Positions 12,064 to 24,264 of a stretch of DNA of 64,000 bases are shown here, piece after piece (position 1 is the first letter of the stretch; every line of letters starts with the position of its first letter). A program made the position numbers and the translations under genes. The DNA lies in contig NC_043007.1 of NCBI RefSeq assembly GCF_006345805.1, positions 67,518,001-67,582,000 of the forward strand, in the 5' to 3' direction. This DNA is from Octopus sinensis. Taxonomy: Eukaryota. Under the pieces are notes generated by a model. The model did not search any database. It was not told the DNA's origin and worked only from the letters and a program-made list of their open reading frames with translations.

Positions 12064-14131
12064 CCATCTATCTATCTATCTATCACCCCCCCCCTCCGTT
12101 ATGTACGTTGTGTAACGTTTATGTTGGGGTTTCGCTCTTTGCTGTCACCTAATCTTATTATTTTTTTTACATAACTTACTCCCCGTTCTTGTTTTAGAAT
12201 ATTAATGTTTTCAAACAGGCTGATTGCAAATATGCCAATTTATTATTATTATTTTGTAATATGAAACTGATTATTGTTATGAGTTTACAACTGCTTCCTA
12301 GACGACGGTATTTAGTGAGGTAAACCAACTCTTATTTTACTCAATGGTCATTAGGGCAAATACTCATTGTAGGCATTGGCATTTAAGGAAGCAAGGTTAT
12401 CACGCGCCTTGCTGTTTAGGGAGTTTAACCTTAATTCCTGAAATGATATTTTAGGGAGATTAACAAACAATCGTTTCATTTTTTAATGTTCACTTTTCCA
12501 TGGTTGCTTGGGTCAGACGGAATTCGTCCAGGTAGATTTTTTTGATAGCCGGATGCCCTTCCTGTCGCACACCTCCTGTTTCCTAGCAACGTAATATTCT
12601 CCCTTGTTCAGATACGTTTTCATGAAAAATTGGAAATGAACCACACCACTTGTATGATGGTGACACTCGTTTACAATTATGCAATGTCAGGACAAGGAAA
12701 CAACCCACTTAGACACACACACACACATAGATGCATACATGTGATAGGATACTTGGCGATCTTACGGTACAAGTACCATAACTGCCAATTATAAACCCAC
12801 GTGGGTTTGTTTACATTTCTGAAGAAAAAAAGAAACCCTTTTCTCCCCTCCCCCCATATATAAAAAAAGCTTTACGGCGAGTGACGATCTTCAAATGTAA
12901 ACAAACACACGTGGCAGTTATGGTACTTGTACCGAAAGATGGCCGGATACTTTTACTTTCCTTCTATGAAATCTACTCACAAGGCTTTGATCAGCTCAAG
13001 GTTGTGGCAGAAGACATTTGCTCAGGTCCTGCATTGTGAACCCAGAACCATTTCGTTAGAAAACAAATGTCTTAGCCACACAGCCATGCCTGAACTTAGA
13101 TAATGGCGCTTAGAAAGCTAGGTAAACTTAGCCCCAAATCAAGATTAGGATTGAGACTAGGGGAGCATGATATATAAAGTCTGTTGGCATGATGGAGAAT
13201 TTACTAGTTATTTTTTAGACAATGGTGTTTAGGGAACTAGTAAGCATCCAACTATCTTTTTACATTCTAAGTATTTCCAATTAACACCACCAAAATATCC
13301 TTGAAGTTGTTGCACTGACATGCTATGATCACTCATAGTTTTGTCATTGGCAATAATGTGGTTTACTTGTAAAACAACAACAACAACAACAGATATTAAC
13401 TGTTTAATATTAGGGACAGGCATGGCAGTGTGGTTAAGAAGTTTGCTTCCTGACTGCTTCAGATTCAGCTCTACTGTGTAGCAGCATGGTAAGGGTCTTC
13501 TACTGTAGCCCCAAGTCTACGAAAGCATTGTGAATGAATTTGGTAGACAGAAACTGAAAAAAGCTGGTTGTGTATGTATATATATATATATCTCCATCCA
13601 TCCATCCATCCATCCATGAATGCATGCATATATGTATGTATGTGGATGAATGTGCTTACATTTGCATTCTATAAAAATCACTACAAGTGGTGTTGTCGCT
13701 TCTGTCAATAAGTCACTGATTCATTTCGTGGCTTTAAGATATGAAATAAGAAATCTTACTTGAAAAACAGGTTAGAGTTAGTACCAGGAAGGGCATCTGG
13801 TTGTACAACAACACCTCAATATTATATTTGTCTAACCCATGGTAGCATGGCAAAATGGATGTAAAAGAAACTAATTTCTATTTATAGATTAACTATTTTG
13901 AAATGTTGCAACTCAAGTGAAACAAAATAACTTGGGTTTTTGAAAGAAATAGTTTTACTGTAAAAACTCAAAAAAATCATTTGTTTAAAAATATAGGACT
14001 TTTTGCAAATTCTGAATCTGATTGAGGACAGTTATAAAATAAAGACATAAGTTATAAATGATTGCATGTTTCAAAACTCATATTTGTTTATGTAAAGTCT
14101 CATGTTTTATTCCTTAACACAATTCTACAAG
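11682..14131 (+). other. LSM8: U12-type (minor spliceosome) GT-AG intron 1 of LSM8
   Basis: 5' splice site GTATCCTTT at 11682-11690. Branch site TTCCTTAAC at 14110-14118, about 14 nt from the AG at 14130-14131. No polypyrimidine tract. Splicing restores the frame. Confidence 0.93.
11941..12083. repeat. (ATCT)n microsatellite in LSM8 intron 1
   Basis: Directly visible. Confidence 0.95.
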
Positions 14132-14172
14132 AAACAGTGTCTATAGTGACTGCTGATGGACGAATCATTGTG
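14132..14172 (+). CDS. LSM8: LSM8 exon 2 (K TVSIVTADGRIIV)
   Basis: 41 nt; ends GTG|gtaaga; Sm1 motif. Confidence 0.95.
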
Positions 14173-14193
14173 GTAAGACAATGTTTTAATTAA

Positions 14194-14230
<37 letters not shown>

Positions 14231-16350
14231 TGTGTGAGTCCATGGTTTGAATTCCCATACTAGTCTTGCAGTGTTTTCTTTGAACACCAGATTGCAACCC
14301 TTGCTGCCCATTACACTTATATGCAGATACAAGTCACTATTGGACACAGCATATAAGTGAAGTTGATTTTTTTAAAGACAATAATGTAGTAAAAGTTGAG
14401 AAAGATTTGACTGCTATTTTTAGCAGGACAAGTGTCTGCATAGAGCTACCCTCATTGGTGGGCTTGTAAGTAGACTCTGTAGTTATTGAAATTGGATAAA
14501 AGCAATTTTATTTCTTAATAATCCTCAATATATTTAAAATGAAAATAATAATTTTTTTGTCTTTCTTTTTCTGTTAGGTACATTTTTGTATGCGGGCATA
14601 AATTGATCTGATGTTCAGCATAACATTTTAATGTAGTATAAGGATTGCTAAATAGTTATTGATGAATAACATTTGGTGGGCTAGGTGTTGCTTTCATAAT
14701 GACCACACTAGCAATAGTATTAGTTCCCATAAGTTTTTACTAACCTGGAACATTTGCATTTACATATACACAATAATTGAATAAATAGAACAGTATAAAA
14801 GAGATATTGAATGGAATGAATATAAGTTTTCAATGCATAATATGCTCAATTATAATATGAAGATAGTTTATATTTATTGAGAACAAATTAAGTAGAAAGA
14901 ATGAGAATGATGTATCACAAAACTGACTGATATAACTTCAAGTAGCACCACCTCTGTAAGGAAGTAAGTGAGAAACCATCTTCTGGAGCAGAGCAACATG
15001 GCCTTCTGGATTGTTTTGCTTGGGTTCCAATTTGCCAGCTTTTTATAACCCCAATGGCAGTTCTAGAATGTTTGACCAGGCTATTCGGCCGGTGAAATCC
15101 AGTTCACTTGGTTACACATCAGCTGATCTGACTAGAAATATATCATAATTACACTGAAGTTCTAAGCTAGAATTCTGAGTGAGGCAGTTTCAAATCTTGG
15201 CAGAAGCACGACTACAACATATCATATATATATATTTTTAAAACTGAGATTCACAACTCCTTAACCAGCACTCAGTCACAAGAATAGGACACCTTTTTAT
15301 TAATTGAGGCCATTTTCTGGGTTAGAATTTGGAAACTTGACTTACGAGTTCAGTGTTAACCACTTACACAGGAAAAATAATTTCATAAGATTTTTTCATT
15401 CCTGATCATTATTTATTACCTTATGTGTGTTTCTCTTTACTCACGTGAACATATTAATAATGTTTGTTGACAAATTAATCACCATTGTTGAGTCTCGGAG
15501 GTGTCAATACACCAACAATAATAACATGTCCAAGTTCAAATTTCAAACTAACTAATCAATCATTTGTTTTAACCTTTTGATACCAACCTGGATGAAACTG
15601 CCTCTGGCTCTGTAGTACAAATGTCTTGTTTTCAAAAATTTTGAATTAAAATCTTCCACTAAAGAGACACAGAGCATCTCAACAGAAATATGTTAACAAA
15701 AGATTTAATGTGCTGGTTAAACAATCAATTGGTTCTTTGTTAATCAAAATTCTTTTGTCACTTCACAACCTTTCCAGTGATTCAGTGATTTCCCTTCTTG
15801 TTACAAGGTCTGCAGTGACTTAGTGACTTCTCTCACTCCAAAGGAGCAGACAAAAGAGCTTTGACTAACAAATAACCAATTGATTGTTTAACCAGCACAT
15901 TAAACAAATGAGATCGAATAGTTAATTGGTTAGATATATAATCAATTGACTAACAATAAATAAGTGGAATTGAACCTGTGCTTGTGTTATTATTATTGAT
16001 TTAATGAGGCGGTGAACTCACAGAATCATTAGCATGCTGGACGAAATGCTTAGTGGCATTTCTATGTTCCGAGTTAAAATTCCGCCGAGGTTGACCTTGC
16101 TTTTCATCCTTTCAGGGTCAATAAAATAAGCACTGGTGTCAATGTAAATGATTAGTTCCCTTCCTCGAAATCTCAGGCCTTGTGCCTAGAGCAGAAAAGA
16201 TTATTATTGGCATAATGACTCTCCCAAGACACAAAAGAAATTGTTTCACCACATGGATTCATAATAATAAGAAGAAGAATCTTGCAAGCCAAATACAAAA
16301 ACCAAGTAATCATCATTGCATGTTAAATAAAGTATGTATTTATATTTCAG

Positions 16351-16478
16351 GGTACTTTGAAAGGTTTTGATCAGACGATTAACTTAATCTTAGATGAAAG
16401 CCATGAAAGAGTGTTTAGCTCTACTTCTGGAGTTGAACAAGTTGTATTAGGACTATACATAATCCGTGGTGACAATGT
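16351..16478 (+). CDS. LSM8: LSM8 exon 3 (GTLKGFDQTINLILDESHERVFSSTSGVEQVVLGLYIIRGDN)
   Basis: tttcag| acceptor and |gtaagt donor; near-identical to known LSm8 core. Confidence 0.98.
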
Positions 16479-16749
16479 GTAAGTATAGTTTCTTTCCATA
16501 TAAAAATTAAAGAAGTTTAACCATCCAATGTTAAAATCAGTTTGTGTGCTTTCAAAGGCCAGAGGTACAGCCTCAACCTCCAGACCATATATAAAAAAGG
16601 TTCAAATGTACAAAAAAACAGAAGACAGACAGGTGAAGGAACAACAAACAAGGTATATTAGTCTCAGAGGTTTTGAGCCTATGTTCTTTGAAATAAAGGA
16701 ATGAGGAAAGAAAACCACTGTGCTGGGTGGTTGGCATTTCTTGTAAATT

Positions 16750-17137
16750 ACTCTTTACTCTTTTACTTGTTTCAGTCATTTGACTGCAGCCATGCTGGAG
16801 CACTGCCTTTACTCGAGCAAATCGACCCCAAGACTTATTCTTTGTAAGCCTAGTACTTATTCTATCGGTCTCTTTTGCCGAACCATTAAGTTATGGGTAT
16901 GTAAACACACCACCATTGGTTGTCAAGCGATGTTGGGGGGACAAACACGGACACACACACATATATATACATATATACGACGGGCTTCTTTCAGTTTCCA
17001 TCTACCAAATCCATTCACAAGGCTTTGGTTGGCCCGAGGCTATAGTAGAAGACACTTGCCCAAGGTGCCGCACAGTGAGACTGAACCCGGAACCATGTGG
17101 TTGGTAAGCAAGCTACTTACCTCACAGCCACTCCTGC
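16750..17137 (-). mobile_element. SINE (same family as 8735-9152) in LSM8 intron 3
   Basis: Near full-length copy. Confidence 0.85.
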
Positions 17138-17352
17138 ACCTATTCTTCATTCTTTTAAAAATTTATTGAAACAAAGGCAGTGTGTATTAACAGAAATATG
17201 GCAACAAAAGGGTTTATCTGAAGTTAATTTTACTGTAGATCTATTTATTTTGTTCTGTATAATGATTGTATAATGTCTTCTATATAATGATTGTTCACAG
17301 AATAATAGTTATGTAGTATTGAATTAATCTGAAACTATCTTATATATTTCAG

Positions 17353-17443
17353 GGCGGTGATTGGTGAAATAGATGATGATGCAGATTCTTACTTGGACCT
17401 AAACAGCATAAGAGCAGAGCCCCTTAACCCTGTAGTGCATTAG
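17353..17443 (+). CDS. LSM8: LSM8 exon 4 (V AVIGEIDDDADSYLDLNSIRAEPLNPVVH*)
   Basis: tttcag| acceptor; TAG at 17441-17443. Total CDS 291 nt = 96 aa + stop. Confidence 0.97.
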
Positions 17444-17629
17444 GAAACTTAACTTTCATCATGTAAATTTTCATAACCATTTCAAAACAAAAAACAAAAA
17501 TTTAAAAAAAACCGTTTTATTTTCTTTTATCATCACAATATTTTTGTTCTTCATAAAAATTTTAAAGGATTTTAAAACTGATTTTCTTCATGTTCTATTA
17601 CCCACTACTTCACGAAAATAACTTCAAAA

Positions 17630-17639
17630 AATAAATAAA
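17630..17639 (+). terminator. LSM8: Probable LSM8 poly(A) signal (overlapping AATAAA x2)
   Basis: AATAAATAAA about 190 nt after the stop, with T-rich sequence downstream. Other sites are possible. Confidence 0.5.
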
Positions 17640-17749
17640 CACCTTTCCAAACTTATGTATCACATATAAAGAAAAATGCATTTTCCTATGGTAAATATAT
17701 TATTAATTTTTATTCATTTTTCATGTTATTTTTCTTTTTACTCTAATAT

Positions 17750-18032
17750 TGCTGGTGCCACGTAAAAAGTATCCAGTTCACATTGTGAAGTGGTTGGCAT
17801 TTGGAAGGGCATCCAACTGTAAAAACCATGCCAAAATTGACATTGACTGTGCTAATGACATGTAAAAAGCACTCAGTCCATTCTGTGGGGTGGTTGGTGT
17901 TAGGAAGGGTATCCAGCTGTAAAAACTATGCCAAAACAGATGCAATAGTCTGGTGTAGTCTTCTACCTGGCCGGCTCCTGTCAAACCATCCAACCCATGC
18001 CAGCATGAAGGTGGATGTTAAACGATGATGAT
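17750..18032 (+). mobile_element. RTE-type LINE/SINE 3' tail ending in (GAT)n
   Basis: Internally repeated GGAAGGGCATCCAGCTGTAAAAA units ending AAACGATGATGATG; same family as 58957-59480. Confidence 0.65.
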
Positions 18033-18890
18033 GGTGATTGCGCTTGTGTTACTGTGTAGCTTAAGAAGCTTGCTTTCCAAATATGTGGTCTTGGGTTCAA
18101 CGCTACTATGTGGTAGCTTGAGCAAGTGCCTTCTATTATAGCCCTGGACTAACCAAAGGCTTATAAGTGGATTTGGTGGACAGAAACTGAGAGAAGCCTG
18201 TTGTGTGTGTGTATACTTGCCTTGACATTATATGATGGTCATAAATGAGCTTCACTGTCACACAAATGATGTTTGTTCTCAGTCTTCTGTGAAAAACATC
18301 TGACCGTAGGTAAATATTACCTTACTTGGAAGCAGGTTAGGGTTTGTGACAGGAAGAGCATTCAGCTGTAGAATATCTGCCTCAACAAATTCCATCTGAC
18401 ACTTGGAAAACTGGTTTTTATGTGATGATGATTGCATCAGAATTTATATAGTTTGAGATGTTACATATCAATACTTCATTGCATTCTATATAAGGAAGAT
18501 GTTAATGCAGATGGCTCAGTGTTCTCCAGGTACTTTCATTTGATTACCCTTTACCTTTTGCAGTCATTAGAATGCAGCCATGCTCAGGCACTGCGTTGAA
18601 GAATATTAGTTGAACAAATCGACCCCAGTACTTATTTTTATTTCAAGTTTGGTACTTGTGGAGGATGTAAACACACCAACACCAGATGTTAAGTGTCTGT
18701 TCATATCTGGTGGGGGCCAAACACAGACATGAAGACACATACATCCATATATGATAGGCTTCTTTCAGTTTCTGCCTACCAAATCCACTCATAAGTCTTT
18801 GGTCAGCCAAGCGCTATAGTAGAAGACACCTGCCCAAGGTACCATGCAATGGGATATAACCCCGGAGAATGTGGTTGGAAAACAAACTTC

Positions 18891-19125
18891 TTATTTCTTT
18901 ATTGCCCACAAGGGGCTAAGCATAGAGGGGACAAACAAGGACAGACAAAGGGATTAAGTCAATTATATCGACCCCAGTACATAACTGGTACTTAATTTAT
19001 CGACCCCGAAAGGATGAAAGGCAAAGTCAACCTTGGCAGAATTTGAACTCAGAACATAATGGCAGACGAAATACCGCTACGCATTTCGGTCGGCGTGTTA
19101 ACGTTTCTGCCAGCTCGCCGCACCT
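18891..19125 (-). mobile_element. SINE (GGCGAGCTGGCAGAAACGTT head family)
   Basis: Close to the copies at 46635-46870 and 53214-53446. Confidence 0.85.
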
Positions 19126-19835
19126 ATTGTTTACTTCTTTCTCCTAAGAGGATGAGCATTATGAGGGATGCTAATGCAATGTTTTGATTGGATATTTCTA
19201 AACATCTTCAGGTGATGCATGTCTATATACATCATTACTATCAGTGTCACTTTAATGTCCACTTTTCGGTGCTTACAAAGTTCAGATGGAATTTCTCAAG
19301 GTAGATTTCCCACAGCAAAAATCCCTTTCTGCTCTAGCCCCTTCTTTCATACTTTTACTCCTCATCTCCTAACATAAAGCTGCTTCTTTTGGGTTCATAG
19401 TCTTGCAAGTGGCATAGCAACTTCATTAGTGCTGGTTACCTGCAAAAAGTTACCTGTAAAGTGGTTGGCATTATGAAAGACATCCAGCCATAGAAATCAC
19501 ACCAAACCAGACAGTGGAGCACAGTGCTAGACTTGTACCTGTTGTATCTTGTCAAACAGTCCAACCCTTATCATCTTGGAATGTGGACATTAAATGATGA
19601 TGAATGTGTGTGTGTGTGTAAGATGACAAAGGAGGTGCTACTGTAACAATACTCTTAAAACAACTGGATGGCCAACATTTCTATAAGAAATTAGAAACCA
19701 ATGCAGATTAAAAAAAAAAATAATGAACAAAATTGGTAAATCAAAATCAAAAACAATTTGATGGAAAAGGAGCTGGATTACCTTATGAATTTTGAGGTAA
19801 AAACACGTAACTTTTAGGGACAACTGAAAATTCAT

Positions 19836-20094
19836 AATTGCAGTGTGGAAGGTGTTTATAAGCCATTCAAGACACGCACAAAGACTGTTAGATTCACTTC
19901 AACATTTAAATTTAATTTATCAAAATATTTTCGTCGCTTTGAGACCGCGACCTAACACGGAATTTTGTCAGTGAACAGATGGCGATCTCAAAGCGACAAT
20001 AATATTTTGACAAATTATATTTAAATGTTGAAGTGAATCTAACGGTTTTTGTGTGTTTCTTAAATGGCTTATAAACACCTTCCACACTGCAATT
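19836..20094. mobile_element. Fold-back element with ~110-bp inverted arms
   Basis: AATTGCAGTGTGGAAGGTGTTTATAAGCC ... GGCTTATAAACACCTTCCACACTGCAATT. Confidence 0.85.
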
Positions 20095-20819
20095 GTTTTC
20101 GTTCCAGCACATGATCTCAGAACAGGTCACTTGCTATGCAAGTACATCTCCGTAATCTCTGAAAATTCATAAATCTAAAGAAATCTATAACAGCTAAAGG
20201 ACCCCCTTACACCATATTCCCATATCTGTTTTAAGATTATACCCAATTGTTGCATCAAGCATCTAATGTTTAAAGGAATTCGCTGGACATAATTATGAAA
20301 CTAATATTATGGGAAGTAAGCTTAGCACACAGCCATGTCTACACCTATCTATACATACATTTTGTGTGTATATTTTCATTTTTTAATAACGATAAATAAT
20401 ATTCAAGACTACTAAAAAGTTCCCAAATTCAAACCTTGTATCAATAATAAGAGTGCTCCAGGATCAAAGAAAGTACTTTTTTTTAATAGTGTGATGTGTA
20501 TAGGTGCAGGAGTGGTTGTGTGGTTAAGAAGTCTGCTTCTCAACCACATGGTGTCAGTTTCAGTCCCACTGCATGGCACCTTGGACAACTACCTTCTGCT
20601 TTAGCTTGAGCTCAACCTAAGCCTTATGAGAGGATTTTGTAGACAGAAACTAAAAGAAATCTGTCTTGTATATACATATATATATATATATATTATATAT
20701 AGATGGAGAGAATCTTTATATAGGAAGCACTTGCATAATTCTTTCTATATATTTATACAGCCAATAATTTTTTTGTCTTTGGCTTTTGTGGATATAAAAC
20801 TTTTGGTGCCCAGGATTAA

Positions 20820-21898
20820 GTTAGGATTATTACGCTAATCAAGTTCTTTATTTCAAACCGAACTAAGTAACATTGCTGTCAAATTTGGGCAAAATCTGTT
20901 GAAATTGGTAAACTTTTGGCTGAAAATGAGTTGCAGACAACTTGATTGGGTAATCCCATAAGGAATTGGTTTATCAATTTTTTCCACTCATCGATTTTTT
21001 TTTTCGTTCTTGGAGAACTTAGAGCATTCAAAGATCCCATGAGTCCTAAATAATGCTGGCATCAAGTTTGAACAAAATACATCAAAATTGGTAAAAGTTA
21101 TGGTTGAAAAATGAGGTGTAGCCAATTTTATTGGGAAATCACATAAGAAATTGGTTTATCTTTTTTTATCCTGATTAATTGGAAAACTCCATTAGGAATC
21201 GGTTTATTGATTTTTCACCCCAAATAGGACTTACCCAGACACAATATTGCTGATCCAAAAACATCTATATTTATATTTTAAAGTTGGTTTTCACACCCAA
21301 CCCAGTTCTGCAGAATCAGTGTCGCGACGGGAGTGCATGGGTTGGGAGTTTGATCAGCATAAGTACATGCCAGCCCTTTGAAAACACCCCCCATCACCTA
21401 ACCCCCCTTTGCCCATGTGTTGGGAACCCTTCCAGCAAGGAAAATAGAGCGCCAAAAAGGGCTCCTGATTCTCTGTCAGAAGCGGTTATGTTCAGATCAC
21501 AACTAAGTCTTAAGAATATATATATATATATATATGGGCAACACACACACGTACGTACACCTATTGCATACATGTTCGTGTGTGTGTGTCGCCCGTATAT
21601 CAAAAAACAAAAGTCTTAACAAAAACTTACTCGTCGCTAGAAAGGGACTTAACTCCTGTTTGTAAACAATGCTGATTTCTCCGACTTGAAAATTGTTAAA
21701 AGTTTTGGTTGAAAATTTATTTTTACTGCTATTCGCTGGTGCCTCTGAGAAAAATAAATTGATGAAAATACAGCTAGGGTCATGACGAATGTCCTAAAAT
21801 TGGAGCGACATGCGTGCTAATTTGTGGATGTGCATAAATTACATTCATGTACACACACACACTCATGTACACACATCCTGCCTTTTATATATACAGAT
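20820..21898. mobile_element. Helentron/DINE-like non-autonomous element
   Basis: Internal ~170-bp subrepeats (CAAAAT...AAATTGGTAAA...ATTGGTTTATC); ends in microsatellite + CCTGCCTTTTATATATACAGAT. Boundaries approximate. Confidence 0.4.
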
Positions 21899-23318
21899 AT
21901 ATATATAGTTTACTGTTCTGTTACAGATAGGATCAGCAAAAAAAAAAAAGGACACCATCCACTAAGACATAAATATTTAATATACACAGAATTTTAAAGA
22001 GAGCTAATAATTTCATACTGTAGAGATACAACAGTTTGGCAGATCTACATAACATGCTATGTGTCGCCTTCTTTCAGGCGCAGTGCATATCAGACCTATT
22101 TGAAAACATGAGAAAAAAGTAAGAAGGAAAACGCAAAGAAGGTTAATGCAAAAATGTTGAACAAGAAGAAAGTAAAATAACCAAAATCTTCATCCTCTTG
22201 GTAGAAATTATAATTACTCTAATGGGTGTAGGATAATATAATAGAGGAGACTTAAGTCAGTGAGATAGCTACTCAATCCAGAGAGGGTACTGTCAACAAA
22301 AGAAATTTGTCCATGTGCTTGCATTTGCTCAAAATTTCAGTGGAATTCTTGGATCTAAAAGGAATGTGTGATCTTTCAGCTATGCATAACTTGCATCTCT
22401 TTGATCCGTTTATTTATGGTGTAGATTTCTCCATGAGTCTTCTCTTGATTGTATGTGATATGCAATTGGTGTTCAGATCTCATACATGGCTAGCAAACTT
22501 CTTAACTATACAGCATATATATTATAAGTAAGTATTATGTAGGTTTATGTGTTAGTCGTAAATGAGTATTACCATCAAGTCTGAAATCCTCGCTATACCA
22601 AGAATACAACCTGATAGGTATAACTTCTGTAATAGATTTGGACTCCTAACCATGCAGTTATTAAAGAATAAGACAAAACAAAAGAAATAAATGAATAATT
22701 TAATGAAAACTTAAATTGCCCTCTGCGTATCATACTAAATGTATATACAACATCACAGAAGTAACATACAAAATTCACATACACTTTTTACTCTACTTGT
22801 GGTTTGTCAATGCTGTGCTCCGGTTTGTCACTTGCCAAGATGTAATAAAAAAAACTTGGTGAATGCAATTCAAACAGCATTAAATTTAAATCATAATCTG
22901 GAAAGACACGACTTTCAGCTTTTTTGTGTTTTTTAACACAGCTCTGAAAAGATTCTTTTTTCTTAGACAAATACCACAGCATCATGCCTTTCAATGGTAT
23001 GAGTGTATATAATAAATATACATATATATATATATATATTTCATATGGTACACAGATGGCAATTTTAAATGAATAACTCAAAGGGAATGGAAATTTGTTC
23101 ATGAGTTTTATTTTATGTGAAAATTCAAGTGATCAACATTTCTTTATTCAATTATCAAAATATTTTTTTCTATTTCATTCAGATTAACAAAGAACATGCA
23201 AAGGTATATCTCTATGGTGATATATCTCAACTGTAATTGTAAATACAGAGTATATAATTTCTTTTATATTTGTTATTGTCATGGAAACAATGTAGGAAAA
23301 TCTCTCTCCCACTATAAA

Positions 23319-23374
<56 letters not shown>

Positions 23375-24225
23375 ATTATGTTTATATATTTGTTTTTCAA
23401 GATTTCTGATGTGAAACATATTGTTATACTTGGAGATGTTCGTATTTTGCCAATTAGATATATGCACTATATATTTGGTCTTCACTTCAGTGTTTTTATT
23501 ATTATTTTTGTTTCTTTGTCTAATTTCTTTTGCCACACATCCTGTGACCTCATCAACAACTCTTTATCCCATGTCTTCTCTTGTTCCGATTATTCTGTTT
23601 TTTTTTGTTTGTTTTTTTTTTTTTTGGTTAAAGAGCTTAGACAAAGAAACTAAAATAATAATAAAGTTGAAGTGAGACCAAATATATAGTGTGTGTATTT
23701 AATTGGTAAAATATGACCATTTCCAAGTATAACAATGTGTGTGTGTGTGGTTGCTCTTGAGTGCTATTGGTAACACATAACCCAGTTCAAACTATTGCAT
23801 GGTCAGCCATCAGTGACAAAATCAGCAAGGCCTACCATGCCTTTGGGATTCAAAGCATGGATGAACCTAAAACAGTCAACAGCCATCCAATGACATGACA
23901 TGACATATATCTATATGTATGCACAAGGACTTACAAATTTCTGGTCTGGTACCCAGATATAAATTTCACCTATCAGCCCAGGGTGGGTTGAACTCTAAAG
24001 CAATTTTGAAGGCAACTAATCCAGAAGATAAAGAATTCTAATAGAAAAGCGTGAGGTACATTGTGTTTGTGGTAAACATTTCCATCAACTTTCTGCTCTC
24101 AGCATATCCAAAAAAGGCTTGGCTGATCATTCACAAGCCTTCAGCACTGAAAACAAATTATCTATGTGGGTAGTCTAATAACTAGGTTGTTGGGTCTTCA
24201 TATGTTGAAGACAGTGGAAGAATCT

Positions 24226-24264
<39 letters not shown>

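Noticed and set aside
23402-23437. ISDVKHIVILGD resembling a Slo/BK RCK2 segment
   Set aside because: The match is short, and neighbouring blocks do not continue any RCK sequence.
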